Source: Phoronis australis (taxonomy: Eukaryota > Animalia > Phoronida). Taken from it: DNA of 64,000 nucleotides. This document shows, piece by piece, positions 48,101-60,100 of this stretch. Within the stretch, counting starts at the first letter, position 1. The number at the start of each line of letters is the position of its first letter. Position numbers and translations under genes: made by a program. The notes beneath the pieces were generated by a model, which saw only the letters and a list, made by a program, of their open reading frames with translations, was not told the origin of the DNA and did not search any database. The DNA lies in the NCBI GenBank assembly GCA_002633005.1, contig NMRA01000437.1:289953-353952 (forward strand). The letters are read 5' to 3'.

Positions 48101-50138
48101 TGGAGAATTATAACCTGGCTGTGGACATGGTCTGGAGCTGTCCATACTGGTTGTTCATGAATCTTTTACATTTTGTGTATTTTGTCTTTGGATATTGTGG
48201 TAATTGCTGGCTTTTGTTTGATGGTGATCTGTCCTCAGTATTGCACAGGTCAAAAAGATAGCTGTCTTCTGTTTTTGTCAAAGACTGATTCCTTGTTAAA
48301 ATACACAACTTTTTATCATCAAAGTTTGTTTTGTGAGAGCAAATCAGTAAAATTCATGCTTGTGGTGAAGTAATGTTTTTATCAACTTCATTTTTGTCGA
48401 GAAGTTTCTCAAAATAAAATTTCCACGTGACTACCGGCACATTGTGTTGAACTGCGTTAGTTGCACAGGAGTTGGCCAGTTAACAGTTAAAGCTTGAGAG
48501 GGACAGAAGCATCTGTGGGAAGATATCATGTTCACTTTCAAAACTTAGTATTTTATATGTTCACAGACTAATCTAAGGAAACAGAGTGCATGTTTTATTA
48601 AAATTTGACATGTGACTTCTAATTATGCTAAACACATGTGGTCTACTCGGCGATGCAGTATTTTTGTATAAGAATTTAGGAATCCTATAGTGGTATATGT
48701 CTTTCTCCACTGTGACCAATATTGTGAAATACCTGTGATTTACTCAATACTGTAAGAAGTTACTGTAGGAATCCAATGGTGGAATATGTTTTTACCAGTT
48801 GTGTTGAGACAGTTGCCTATAGGACTACATCTTGAATAGTCATGCAAAGGGACGAGTTACAGTGGCTAGCTAAAGAGTTATTTTTGTCATTTCTGATGGC
48901 AGTTGTAACCCATTAGGGTTTCTAAAGGTTCCCAAAAATTGCGCCCTACCCACCGGTTAAGGTAGGCGACGCGGTTAGTAACGTTATAATGGCGTTAGCA
49001 GTCCTACCCTCACTAAACGATCCCTGGGCAGGCTCCCAACCCAAGATAAGGACGGTTGCATGGTACAGAACGTAGATGATTTAGATATATTGCCTTTGTT
49101 GTTATTACACTGGTGTTAAAAATAAGTATGCATAAATACGTCTGTTTTAAATTTTATTCATTTGATTTATGATTTTAGATGCAAGATTTAGTATGTGAGC
49201 TCATTAGTGACATATTCTGTGTGCGTTGTTATGTTATTTGTTTCCAAATTCATTTTCCAGCCTTACATGTTATTGAAATTTGATTTAGGGCGACACCTTT
49301 TGGCAGAAAATGCAACATCAGCATATGCTGGCACCTAGTGAGCATATTTAAAATTACTTCTTGATTGCTTCCCTTGTGTTCCTGGGAGACAAGACATATC
49401 TTGTATATATAAAACATTTCTATGATGTGGTGTAAATTTCTAATATACTTTAAAGATTTTTTTGTTATTCATAGATATATTCCACCGGTGCAATCAAATG
49501 CCTGAGTTCAAAGGTCATCCCAGCTGTGAGTCAGTCTTGACATCATTCAGAAACCAAATCCTGTCGATGCCAAGAAACTTGTTAACTCATACCATGCTTT
49601 CGGAAAAGAATTGGTAGGTTTTACGGCCAAAGTGTGGGGTTATGTGGTTTATAATCTATTAACCCTTCCTTTGATTCCTTGAGTCTAAATGATTGAACAT
49701 TATATTTGTCTTCATTATCCTTTTCACTTTGCATTCAATTCATAAATTCTTTCAGGGTTTATCTACTATAAAAATGTTGCGTTATTGAAGAATCAGTAAT
49801 TCATACCCAGTTCTTCCAACTTATAACATAATACTTGAATATTTGAATACGCTCATTGTTATCTTTCCAAATTATTACAATGAATGGCTGCAATCAATCA
49901 TAATACAGTGCATTTGTTTCCATATTGTGTATGGCTTGTGCAGACTAGGGTTTTCCAAAAATTTATGGGTACGATATTTTACTGTACTGTAGCAAGTGTG
50001 TTCTTTATCATACTATTGGCAAGCTCACGTACGAGTGTTTATTCCAGGTTCCATTATACTGCAAGAACATGGGACGCTGTCAAGAAATCTCAGATGATGT
50101 CAGAATACAACAGATTACTGCCTAGCCATGCTGTGTAA
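36118..50138 (+). CDS. SMG9: Nonsense-mediated decay factor SMG9, 470 aa
   Basis: Exons 36118-36183, 37536-37628, 38114-38243, 39562-39725, 41523-41635, 41982-42183, 42919-43004, 43612-43721, 45198-45305, 46451-46561, 49475-49613, 50048-50138; 1413 nt, phase-consistent. Motifs KLIDEQFQWCE, VVGVIGHQGAGKS (P-loop), QTTGIDMFVTHERLVLLDSQP, VCNVVIVVQDWF, LSEKNWFHYTARTWDAVKKS. The low-complexity N-terminal exons 1-3 are less certain. Confidence 0.93.
36289..36896. mobile_element. Non-autonomous foldback/MITE with ~270-bp TIRs in SMG9 intron 1
   Basis: The left arm (aggcctagacagtgaccagcgtcctactg...tgcctcgcactgactaaaacat...ttccctccaactcgaac...ttcagttcccaaaat) is the imperfect reverse complement of the right arm. 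Spacer ~60 bp. No TSD recognised. Confidence 0.85.
40484..41085 (+). repeat. Interspersed repeat shared with 56186-56500 and 58223-58545
   Basis: Shared blocks ctaggtaccactgtgtg, cgccatttc, gaaaccagttc..ataatttgttgtgac and tggccaataggtgacgcaatatttcatggtgccgaaagccaa. This copy carries ~280 extra bp at 40501-40780. Confidence 0.8.
44165..44700 (+). mobile_element. Penelope-like element 3' fragment (GIY-YIG endonuclease region), decayed
   Basis: Translates, with frameshifts, VALPYVQGLSEKLSNIFR...HKPLNTL...LVHPADK...VINMIEC..KYV/GETARNLGTKLKEH...AIGEH...IREAVEI...KRDSGYELPHIY, the conserved Penelope linker and GIY-YIG pattern. Confidence 0.85.
45360..45370. other. Assembly gap (N run after poly-G)
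   Basis: 11 Ns. Single Ns also occur at 4148, 14151 and 57556. Confidence 0.99.
46720..47542. mobile_element. PIF/Harbinger-type (Tourist-like) non-autonomous DNA transposon, 823 bp
   Basis: TIRs GGGCTGTTCCAG(T/C)AAAATC(C/T)GT(G/A)TGGGAGGGGGG with TTA at both flanks (46717-46719 and 47543-47545). A 3-bp TWA TSD and GGG termini are characteristic of PIF/Harbinger. Confidence 0.85.
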
Positions 50139-50932
50139 TATACTCAAGCATAAAAATATAGACTTTCATTCCCCGCATGTTATAAGTCAAATGTTTCTTG
50201 GCTCTTGGGAAAGCCTGCTCTAAGTTGTCGCTGTCGTCGACTCTACAATTTTTGGTTCCCTTATGGTAACAGACTGTCCCTCTCAGTGCAGCTTAGTGCA
50301 AATGAACCCAACAGCATTTTTGTGGAATCACCCCATGATAACAAGTTATCTTATTATTTAAACTATTATTGGTTTCCAATTGTTAACGGGTACTTCTTTT
50401 GTATTAGCTGGTTGTATTGAGCAACAATAAATCAATTCTAGTTGTTTTCTCTCTTATGGATTTGGATCAATAATATGTGAGTTCTCATCAACCCCAGTGT
50501 GCAGTCATCTGTGCACAGTCCATTGCCATGTTGTTTGGCTCTGTTCACCACTAGACCCTGAGATTTAATTTTCAACCTCAGATTCAAGACTTTTCTTCCC
50601 AACACTGTTCTCATTGGACAAGATCTGGACTCCGCACTCGCTAAAAACTAAAAAAATGAGAGTGATATCAGATACTCTTGATACAATGTCTCATGTATAG
50701 AAAAAAATTTATTGAAATCCGTTGCAGTGCAACAATGTTTTAACTACAGATAAAGTCATTGCTTTCATACAATGCAACAAAGTTGTAAACATACATGAAA
50801 ACTAATGTACAAGGTACGGAAATTCCACAATGTTTTTATGACAGAATAAATAAAACAAATGCCAACAGCAAAGTTGCTGATGCACATAAATGTTCAATGT
50901 ATCAAGTGTGTTTTCCCACTGAGAAACAACCA

Positions 50933-53904
50933 TTACACAACCATCGGAGTTCCTGGTGTGGGGCTTGCCATTGGGTGTGGAGGACTTGCGGCTGGTCCAG
51001 GACTGCCAGCTGGAACTGGGCTTGCTGGCTGTGGTGGGGTGGCCACTGGGACATTGAGTTCATTTACTACAGGAACACCATTGGGTGTGTTCCTTGCACA
51101 CACTGGACTGGCAGATTTCCTTGATGGAAGTCGCTCCAGTGGTGGCCCTTGCATTGGTGCTGGTGATGGTGTTTTTATAGATGGCGGTCTTTCAGTGTTG
51201 GGCACAGGAGCTTCGGCACCAGATCTGTGTGAGACGCCGACAGGGGGTGCTGGGGGTAGCTGAAAGCAAATAGAGATTATTTTTAGACAAGAGAATAAAT
51301 TGTGCAAATGATATTCAGTTGTGGGTATCCAAGCATTATAGCGTCTTTCGGTCAAATTTGAGGAACATTAAAACATATAACACCATTTGAAATTTCCATT
51401 TCCCTACTTTCTCAGCGAGTCGGTTTTAGTTTTTCTGAAAGCCCACTGCATATGTTGGATAAACTGAAGAATAACGTAACATGTAATTTGATTAATTTTT
51501 ACCTCCTATCTTGACCCGTGTGTGTATTTAGGCCCATGTTGTTTGAAATGGTGTTTTTGGAAAAAAATGTTTGCTCATTAAGTGTTTTTAGGCATAGTAG
51601 TGATTTTACCAAGAGACTCGTTCTTGGAGGGGCTCTTTTGAAAATCTGCAAAATACTCCTTGTACAGGCTGGTATCTGAAACTGATTACTTTGTGTTTTT
51701 ATTTAAATATACTTTGTCTAAGTATGGTTTAAGTAGCAAATTATATAATTTGAATAACTCCATCTCCACATGCAATAAAACTGATAGTGACTTCACACTG
51801 CAAAAAACCTTCAACTTGTCAATTTGTTAACCGAGTTTTGAAGTACTAATGACAGCAAACAATAGACCACTAAACACCATCTAAACTTCAATTACAGTCA
51901 CAAAGCACGAATTTCATCACTTACATCATGGGATGGCATAGGAACTTCGGGTGTCCTGATTTTGGGATCCTTCATTTTTCCACTAATAAAGTAGTCCGCC
52001 TCTTCTTTCTGTGCCCTCAGCTGTGCTTGAGCATCCAGGCTTCTTGCTGTTGGGTTGGTAACTTTGTTGCCTGTAAATTTCGATATGTCAAGAAAATATT
52101 GGTTCACGCCAATGTTGTAACATCAGAGAGGTGGATACCAAAAGTTGTTTTTCCTGAAAAAACTATGACAGATACATTGCTGTTTGCTTGAGTGTAGTGA
52201 GCCGTAGTCGGATATAATGTGCCCACTTTTTGAAAACAAGTTTGATGGATGTACATTATTCAGTGGAGAAAACTGCATGGTTTTCAAAATGCGGGCAATG
52301 AGGTGACTACTACCCACCTATTGAGAGACATTCTTTTGCTATATGTTCAGTGGGTCATCCCCTTATGGCTATTGACTGATGTTTTCATGGCTGCAAATTC
52401 TTTTTTTTTCACAATCTGAAAATGGGGACTAAAAGTGGTTATGAATTGTGAAAATTTTTACAAGATGGATACGAAACTTGATATACAATAAAAACACTCA
52501 ATTAGAAATATAGGTAGGAATTTTTGACATTAATTATAACTGTGGAGCAAATAATTTATTTCAAGGCAAAGATTTATTATTGTATCTTCTTCATGAAAAA
52601 AACAAGCTAATGACTGAATTGTTGACTTAGAGAACTCATTTGCAACTGTCAAATGTGACCTACACGCTCTCAGTGTTTGGCCTTACCTGGAATTTTGGTT
52701 GGCAAATCCCATGTTCCTACAAAGTTGCCCCAGGGGCTTTCTTTGCCACGTTTTACATCTTGAAATAAATGACCCCTGTCATTTGCAATTATTTGAGTAA
52801 ATCCGTCGTATTTGTTCGGTCGTTCTTGATATTCCCGTGGTACTTCCCAGTTCTGTAATTTCTTGCCTTTAAATTCCTTTTCATACTGTAACAGAAAACA
52901 CTACATTGACCTTTCATTACACAACTGTAACTGCTGAAAGTGTGCACGAAGCATGAGTCATCAGACTTGTCACTGGACAGGTTATGTCTGTTCTAACGAT
53001 TCAACTCAAGTCATATCAGTAAATGGTGGCCACTTGGAAAGTGAGCTGGACCTTATTCATATGCCAATTCCAGTAGATACATCACAAAGGAATTCTGGGT
53101 GTTTTTTATTTAACTATAAAGACTGATACACTCAACAGAATCTGGAAATAGCCCATAGAAACAATCTTTCAGCAGTTGGGTGAGGTTAGGTCGTAACTTG
53201 AGCTTTATAACCAAACTCAATCCAAATTCCGTGCTCTGTATGACACTGCCTCCACTTTCTAATAAATAGAAAACTGCATGAGTAACGTGGTGTTCAGTAT
53301 GCTTCGTCACTGAGACTGGGCAAGAGTTAATGTGACCTGGGCAATGGGTTGTGCTTAAAAGTGACTGTCACAGGTAATCTTCTAGCTTTGGATTTTGCAA
53401 AGCTGGTAGTTAATTTCCTGCAATCTATGTTATCTCAGACTCAGGAAGTCAGCTATAACCACTCCACAATCATTTGTTTAACTGTGGTTAACTGGTTCAC
53501 ATCACTTCTGGATAATTTTTACTAGTGGTCTAGGATGATGCCACCAGACAATAGTACTATTAGTAGGTTGTCCCTGGCCTATTCGTATTCTATCATTTAT
53601 TTGATGCCCAAGCCGCGTTACTTCCTCATGGTGAACTTGTGGGGTCGCTGTTACCTGGGTGTCACAATTATCATATATACCAAAGACCACATTAAACATA
53701 CCCTCCTTGTGCAAAACCCTATTAGGGGCCTAAGGCCCTAAGGGGCGACTTCTATTATCGTAAATTAGTTAGTGCTAGGAAGGAAACCAATTAAAATTCC
53801 TAATTTTTATCACCAGACACCACAATTTGTACCTGCTCCAGATCTGAGGCTCTGTTCTAAAAATCTTTCTAACTTACCTGGTTACAACTGAAATGCTTAG
53901 ACAT
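50933..53904 (-). CDS. CFAP126: Protein Flattop (cilia- and flagella-associated protein 126), 232 aa
   Basis: Exons 53904-53878 (MSKHFSCNQ), 52885-52687 (YEKEFKGKKLQNWEVP...GFTQIIANDRGHL...SPWGNFVGTWDLPTKIP), 52070-51925 (GNKVTNPTARS...) and 51259-50933 (Pro-rich tail). LQNW, TQIIANDRGHL and SPWGxFxGTW are Flattop signatures. Confidence 0.92.
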
Positions 53905-54166
53905 GGTTAGACAGTCGTTTTTATCGTTTCCTAAACACTGATAAAACGTCTGCACGTTCTTGCCCTCCCTTCAGCTCGCGTACTGTTGTTCTGGTAGACT
54001 TGTGCTTTTGTGTACTCAGGTCTCCAAGAAACCGAAGAGCCAATCACATCTCGATGTTGTCGCCAGTCCGTGTTGATAATATGGAGAAATACTGAGAATG
54101 TGCGAGATTGACCTATATTTCTAGAGGCACATGAAGTTTTTGTTTTTGTGAAAATTGTTTGACGAA
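53905..54166. promoter_or_regulatory. Bidirectional promoter CFAP126/TMEM147 with candidate RFX X-box and CCAAT box
   Basis: 262 bp between divergent ATGs. GTCTCCAAGAAAC at 54020-54032 is X-box-like, CCAAT is at 54040-54044, and TAAACA at ~53932 is a forkhead core. Confidence 0.55.
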
Positions 54167-57100
54167 ATGACCCTTTTCCACTTTGGAAATTGCGTAGCCT
54201 TGGCTTATGTACCCTATTGGATTGTTTACAAAGCATCGGGTTTGTAAGTAACAATAGAAATATTATTCATGATAAAATTGCCTAAAAAGAAACGCATCGC
54301 TTCGTTTAGCTGGATTGGTTAAAACTGGGACAGTAGAATAGAGTCTGATGTTACGTTTAAAGTCCCATCCTATCGCAATCCCCAGGACCAGCCCTTGAAC
54401 TTATCTGTTCCACGTATCCACCTCTGTCACCAACACCGTGTAATAGCTAACATAAAAACATGAAAGCGCTCCGAGGAGCGACACTTGGCGAAATTAACAG
54501 AAAAGACAACGATAAAGATGATGACGAATATGACGACGATGGTGGCGATGATGAAAAATACAAGTATTGATAACATTCACATGACGAACGTAGAGGTCAG
54601 AAATCTGTAAGAAATAGGCTACAGTCTTGAGCGACACTTGGCAAAATTAACTGAAAAGACGACGACAGAGATGATGATGAAGGTGGTGGCGATGTAGGCA
54701 ATGACAATCGCCTCTGTTGGCCCGAACCAGAGGCGATGCAGCTCCTATAGGCACTCCATACGCCGGAAGCTTTTCGGCGAATTATGCCTCGCACCGACTA
54801 AACCATCAAAGTCACATTGTTATAAATACGCGACCCCTGACGACTAAGTAGATTTGCAGTTTCGTGGCTAATTCACCAACATAATCATGTGCACATTTCT
54901 TCTTTGGCTCACTAGTATAGTATTTTCTTGACTGAAAGTTTAGTTTCCACTGAACTTTGGCTGGTTTATGTTCGTGATGTCTGATCAGTTTCCGAGCCAC
55001 TGGCCGGGATAACGAGTCAGTCCGGGCGGCCGCGACGGGCCTGATCGGGCTCCGAGCCACTGGCCAGGATAACAAGGGTTTTGTGTTAAGAACTCAAAAA
55101 ATCACAAGTCTAAACAACACAGATCCATGTTCTCCTGTCTGTATCTCACGGAAAATACTTCGAAATTATCTCCGAACAGACACCAAACTCCTGCTACGGA
55201 CCTTATTGGCCTACCGAACTTTGTCGGCAACGTTGTGTCCAAATACTAATAAATCCGTAAGAGCGAAATAAAACAACTCGGTGTATTTTTAAGGGTTTTA
55301 CATCGAAGTTTGATGATTTATTGGTGTTAAAGGATGAATTCATGCGATAAGCTGACACCAGTAACCCGTGTTGTGAACTGCTGAACAGGCTGCGTGTGAA
55401 ACCGATGACATCATTGGATAATTTCAACACCTCCGTCTGCCTTCAGGTGTCAGGTAACGCAACCGTATGTGTCGTTATGGAGTAGAACTACTCGATCTAA
55501 ATTGATACAAATTAGGTTGTTTTTTGGGTGGCATGCTCCTTTAAACGGACGGTAGGCCAATTTCGGTCTCTGATTAAGAGTTTTCGCCTCGTCAAAAATA
55601 CATTCCACACTTAAAACTGTCATTTAAAAAAGTGCTTACTTTTTCCAGTTGTCCTTTCTACTTCAACGCATATCTTTGATGAAGCTTAGTTACAAGAATC
55701 AATGTGACTTTGGCAAAAAATTCCAACTCCACTTTTTTGCTCACCGTTAACATTTTCACCATGCGCGCGATAACCACTAAGTATTTTAACTGAGTCACGT
55801 GAGTTAGGCAAAGGCTAGCGCGAGACTGAGTAAAGCTTGTGACGCTGGCACGTGACACTTGAAAAGAAAACGTGGGAAGGTATCGGGTGAAATTAGTAAG
55901 ATTTGTGTCCCTTGGACTTTTTATTTGTCAACATGTGTGATTTCACGTAACTTCCTCAAAATGGCACCGGGTCAGAGAAACTCTAGCAAACCGCGACAAA
56001 TTTTCATCGATTTGTTCAAATAGTATTGACTTAATCGTCTCCAGGCTTATGGCATGTGTTGGTCATAACTCCATGTGCATATGCATGTTTCATTTGATTT
56101 TATTTCCTGTATTTTGAAATTCGTAACTTTGTGGGGATGTACTAGCGCCCTTGTATTCCTGCGGCATCCAGGGCGATGTAATTGCCTAGGTACCACTGTG
56201 TGCACGCGCCATTTCCTGAAGTCATCTCTTGCGAGGTGATGACAGTTTCGCAGAAGCAAATTTGATTCTGAAATTCGGTTTGATCGTATTAAAATTCTAA
56301 AAACTTATAATGAAGTGAAACCAGTTCCAATAATTTGTTGTGACGTGTACGCAACCTCGTATAAGAACAACAGTTGATTGAAGAATCGGCGAAAAAAGAA
56401 ACTGGCCAATAGGTGACGCAATATTTCATGGTGCCGAAAGCCAACGTATAAGATCGCTCCAAAACTTTAGCTGTAGAATAACGGTAAAATGCCAATTTTT
56501 CCAACACCGGTAAATAATCTAGTGTTCTCAAGGAAGGGTGGTAAAAATTATCATTAGAATTCTAAATTAGCATATTCGTCATATAACTCAAGTGAACCGT
56601 AGTGAGTGATCCTTTAACTAATCTGGAAGTTGGGTTGTAGCCTTACCTTGATTGCAATTCATTACCATCAAAATTAATTGAAAGAAAATCTTCCCGATTA
56701 ACATGAAGTGGCCAGAAGCTAGAAAGGTAAGTCTAACACTGTCAAATGGGATGGCCTTTTGACACTTGCCAATACCCTGAATAATAAATGATTCTACCAC
56801 GAATGGAAGTCACTGTATAATGTTATTGAAAAGCTTGAGGCATATTCTGTGAGGTTTGGTAAACTGTCTTCTCATTGGCATTTTGTGTACATGTAAATGA
56901 AACTCTAAAATTTTGTTTCAGGTCAGAGTATAGTGCCTTCTGGAAATGTGTTCAAGCAGGTGCTGCCTATTTAGTCACTCAGCTATGTAAAATGTTACTA
57001 CTCGCTACGTTCTTCCCAGCCACAGAGTCCTCGTCCTCTAGCTTTGATGTCATTGGTGTGAGTAGATCGGCAAATCATAGTCTGCAGCTAGTTGGTGGGT

Positions 57101-60100
57101 TGGGTTATACAGGAAATTTAAACAAGCGGACCCACCCAAATATAAGCCCATAGGCCAACATGACTTGTGTATTCGGAAAGTTTTCCGAAGACAGGTCATG
57201 AGCCTACTTACGTTGTCAAACTGTTGGCAATTGCACTAGTTTTACTGGAGAAGTTAAATAAATGGCGAAGGACATCGTAAATCTTGTTTTCCTTCAAAAC
57301 CTGCGCTTTTGGTGTGGTTCAACAGTATTGAGGTTTATTCATCCTTTGTAAAGACGGACACTTATTTAAATGTGTCTCCGGTTTGTGGAGTTTCCAAGAT
57401 GGACATTGTCAGCAAGTGTCGAACAATAACAAAGCTTCGTAGGAAACTGGAAAATTTTTCAGCACGTTTCTGGCTTATCTACGCATCAAATGAAGTTGGC
57501 TGTGGAAGTGATAAGTCTGTTTGCACACAAACCAATCAGATTCATTAAGGACAAANTTTTTGGGTGGCATGCTCCTTTAAACGGACGGTAGGCCAGATTC
57601 GGTCTCTGATTAAGAGTTTTCGCCTCGTCAAAAATACATTCCACACTTAAAACTATCATTTAAAAAAGTGCTTACTTTTTCCAGTTGTCCTTTCTACTTA
57701 GGCGCATATCTTCGATGAAGCTTAGTTACAAGAATCAATGTGACTTTGGCAAAGAATTACAACTCCACTTTTTTGCTCACCGTTAACATTTTCACCATGT
57801 GCGCGATAACCACTAAGTATTTTAACTGAGTCACGTGAGTTAGGCAAAGGCTAGCGCGAGACTGAGTGAAGCGCGTGATGCTGGCATGTGACACTTGAAA
57901 AAAAACGTGGGAAGGTAACGGGTGAAATTAGTAAGATTTGTGTCCCTTGGACTTTTTATTTGTCAACATGTGTGATTTCACGTAACTTCCTCAAAATGGC
58001 ACCGGGTCAGAGAAACTCTAGCAAACCGCGACTGATTTTCATCGATTTGTTCAAATAGTATTGACTTAATCGTCTCCAGGCTTATGGCATGTGTTGGTCA
58101 TAACTCCATGTGCATATATGCATGTTTCATTTGATTTTATTTCCTGTATTTTGAAATTCGTAACTTTGTGGGGATGTACTAGCGCCCTTGTATTCCTGCG
58201 GCATCCAGGGCGATGTAATTGCCTAGGTACCACTGTGTGCACGCGCCATTTCCTGAAGTTTTGCGTCATCTCTTGCGAGATGATGACAGTTTCGCAGAAG
58301 CAAATTTGATTCTGAAATTCGGTTTGATCGTATTAAAATTCTAAAAGCTTATAATGAAGTGAAAGCAATTCCAATAATTTGTTGTGACGTGTACGCAACC
58401 TCGTGTAAGAACAACAGCTGATTGAAGAATCGGCGAAAAAAGAAACTGGCCAGTAAGTGACGCAATATTTCATGGTGCTGAAAGCCGACGCATAAGATCG
58501 CTCCACAACTTTAGCTGTAGAATAACGGTAGAATGCCAATTTTTCCAACACCGGTAAATAATCTAGTGTACTCAAGGAAGGGTGTAGATTTTAATGACAC
58601 TAATTTTGTGTCAGATTTTAACTGGTCAGTTTTTTACCCACAGCAACGCGAAGCTGTATATTTAGTATATACAGCTTTGTACCAAGGCTATAAAATGTGT
58701 GCTTAGTCTTAGAAGTCCCTTCTCAAACATAAATATGAAACCACGAAATCAGTTATGATTGATCAAATTGACAGTGACCACTACGTCAGGAGCTGGCCCC
58801 ACTATAGATGGTGAAAGTCTGAAAGGAGTTTCATACGCTGGAGGCTTTTTGGCGACTTATGCCTCCCACTGATTAAAACGTCAGAGTCACGATTAGACGG
58901 ACACCTTCCAACTCAAACAAATACTTCCGTAATCAAACTTTTTCTTCGACCAACCCTTCGTTCAGTTGTCCAATTCAGCTGTTGTAGTTTTTACACTGCA
59001 TGTTTTGCTCCTAGTTTTACCTCGCCCGCCAAGAGTGTGCACTGTGTTGAAAATAGCCAATTGCCGATTTGTGCAACTGCTCGAAGAAAAAGTTTGATTA
59101 TGGGAGTATTTGTTCGAGTTGGAAGAAATTAAGGACATCCACGACTTCCTAAGGTGTCCCTCTGTGTTCAGAGGGTTCTTATAACATGGTGAATTTGACG
59201 TTTCAATCAGTGTGAGGCACTGTCTATTCTTCCATCTGCTTGCTGCTTTGGCCAAATTCGTATGATGGTATAGACTGTACCGCACTCTCATCTGGCCGCA
59301 GTAGAGATGGTAGTCATCCCTTAGGTCCTCCATATGCTGGAACCTTTTCTTCGAATTATGCTAAACACTGATTTAACCATCAATGTCACCTTGCTAGAAA
59401 TAGTAGTTGGGACACTTAAGCCTAGGAGACCGTTTATGTTTTTAACTCTTCTCAGTTCCAACAAATACTCAATCCTTCGTTAAAGACATTAACGGCCTCC
59501 CAAGGTGTCCCTCTATGTGCCTTTGGTGCAAACGCAAAAACTACAATGAATTTGGGGGTGATCATACTGAAATGACTGAATTCAAACTAAACTGATTCAG
59601 ATTTGGAATGCCTAATCCTTACCCTGAGGTATTCAGTAGTGCAAGTACGTGTAAGTTTTACCTTGAGAAAATGTGAACCTACCCTAAACGGTAAACATGA
59701 TAATAATTATCATTAGAATTCTAAGTTAGTATATTCGTCATATAACTCAAGTGAACCCTAGTGAGTGATCCTATACTAATCGGGGGGTTGGATTGTAGCC
59801 TTGCCTTGATTGCAACTCATTACCATCAAAATTAATTGAAAGAAATTCTTCCCGATTAACATGAAGTGGCCTGAAGTTAGAAAAGTAAGTCTAACATTGT
59901 CAAATGGTGTGGCCTTTTGACACTTGCCAATACCCTGAATAATAAATGATTCTACCACGAATGGAAGTCACTGTATAATGTTATTGAAAACCTTGAGCCA
60001 TAGTCTGTGAGGTTTGGTAAACTGTCTTCTCATTGGCATTTTGTGTACATGTAAATGAAACTCTAAAATTTTGTTTCAGGTCAGAGTATAGTGCCTTCTG

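Noticed and set aside
48911-49080. GC-richer island with a small hairpin in SMG9 intron 10
   Set aside because: No second copy, ORF, tRNA boxes or termini recognised; it cannot be classified without a search.
50795-51263. Gly-rich plus-strand ORFs (109 and 134 aa)
   Set aside because: Antisense shadows of the Pro-rich CFAP126 last exon.
56047-59333. Repeated ORFs in the duplicated block (70-123 aa) as a small gene family
   Set aside because: They lie in interspersed repeats, recur only because of the duplication, and have no domain signatures.
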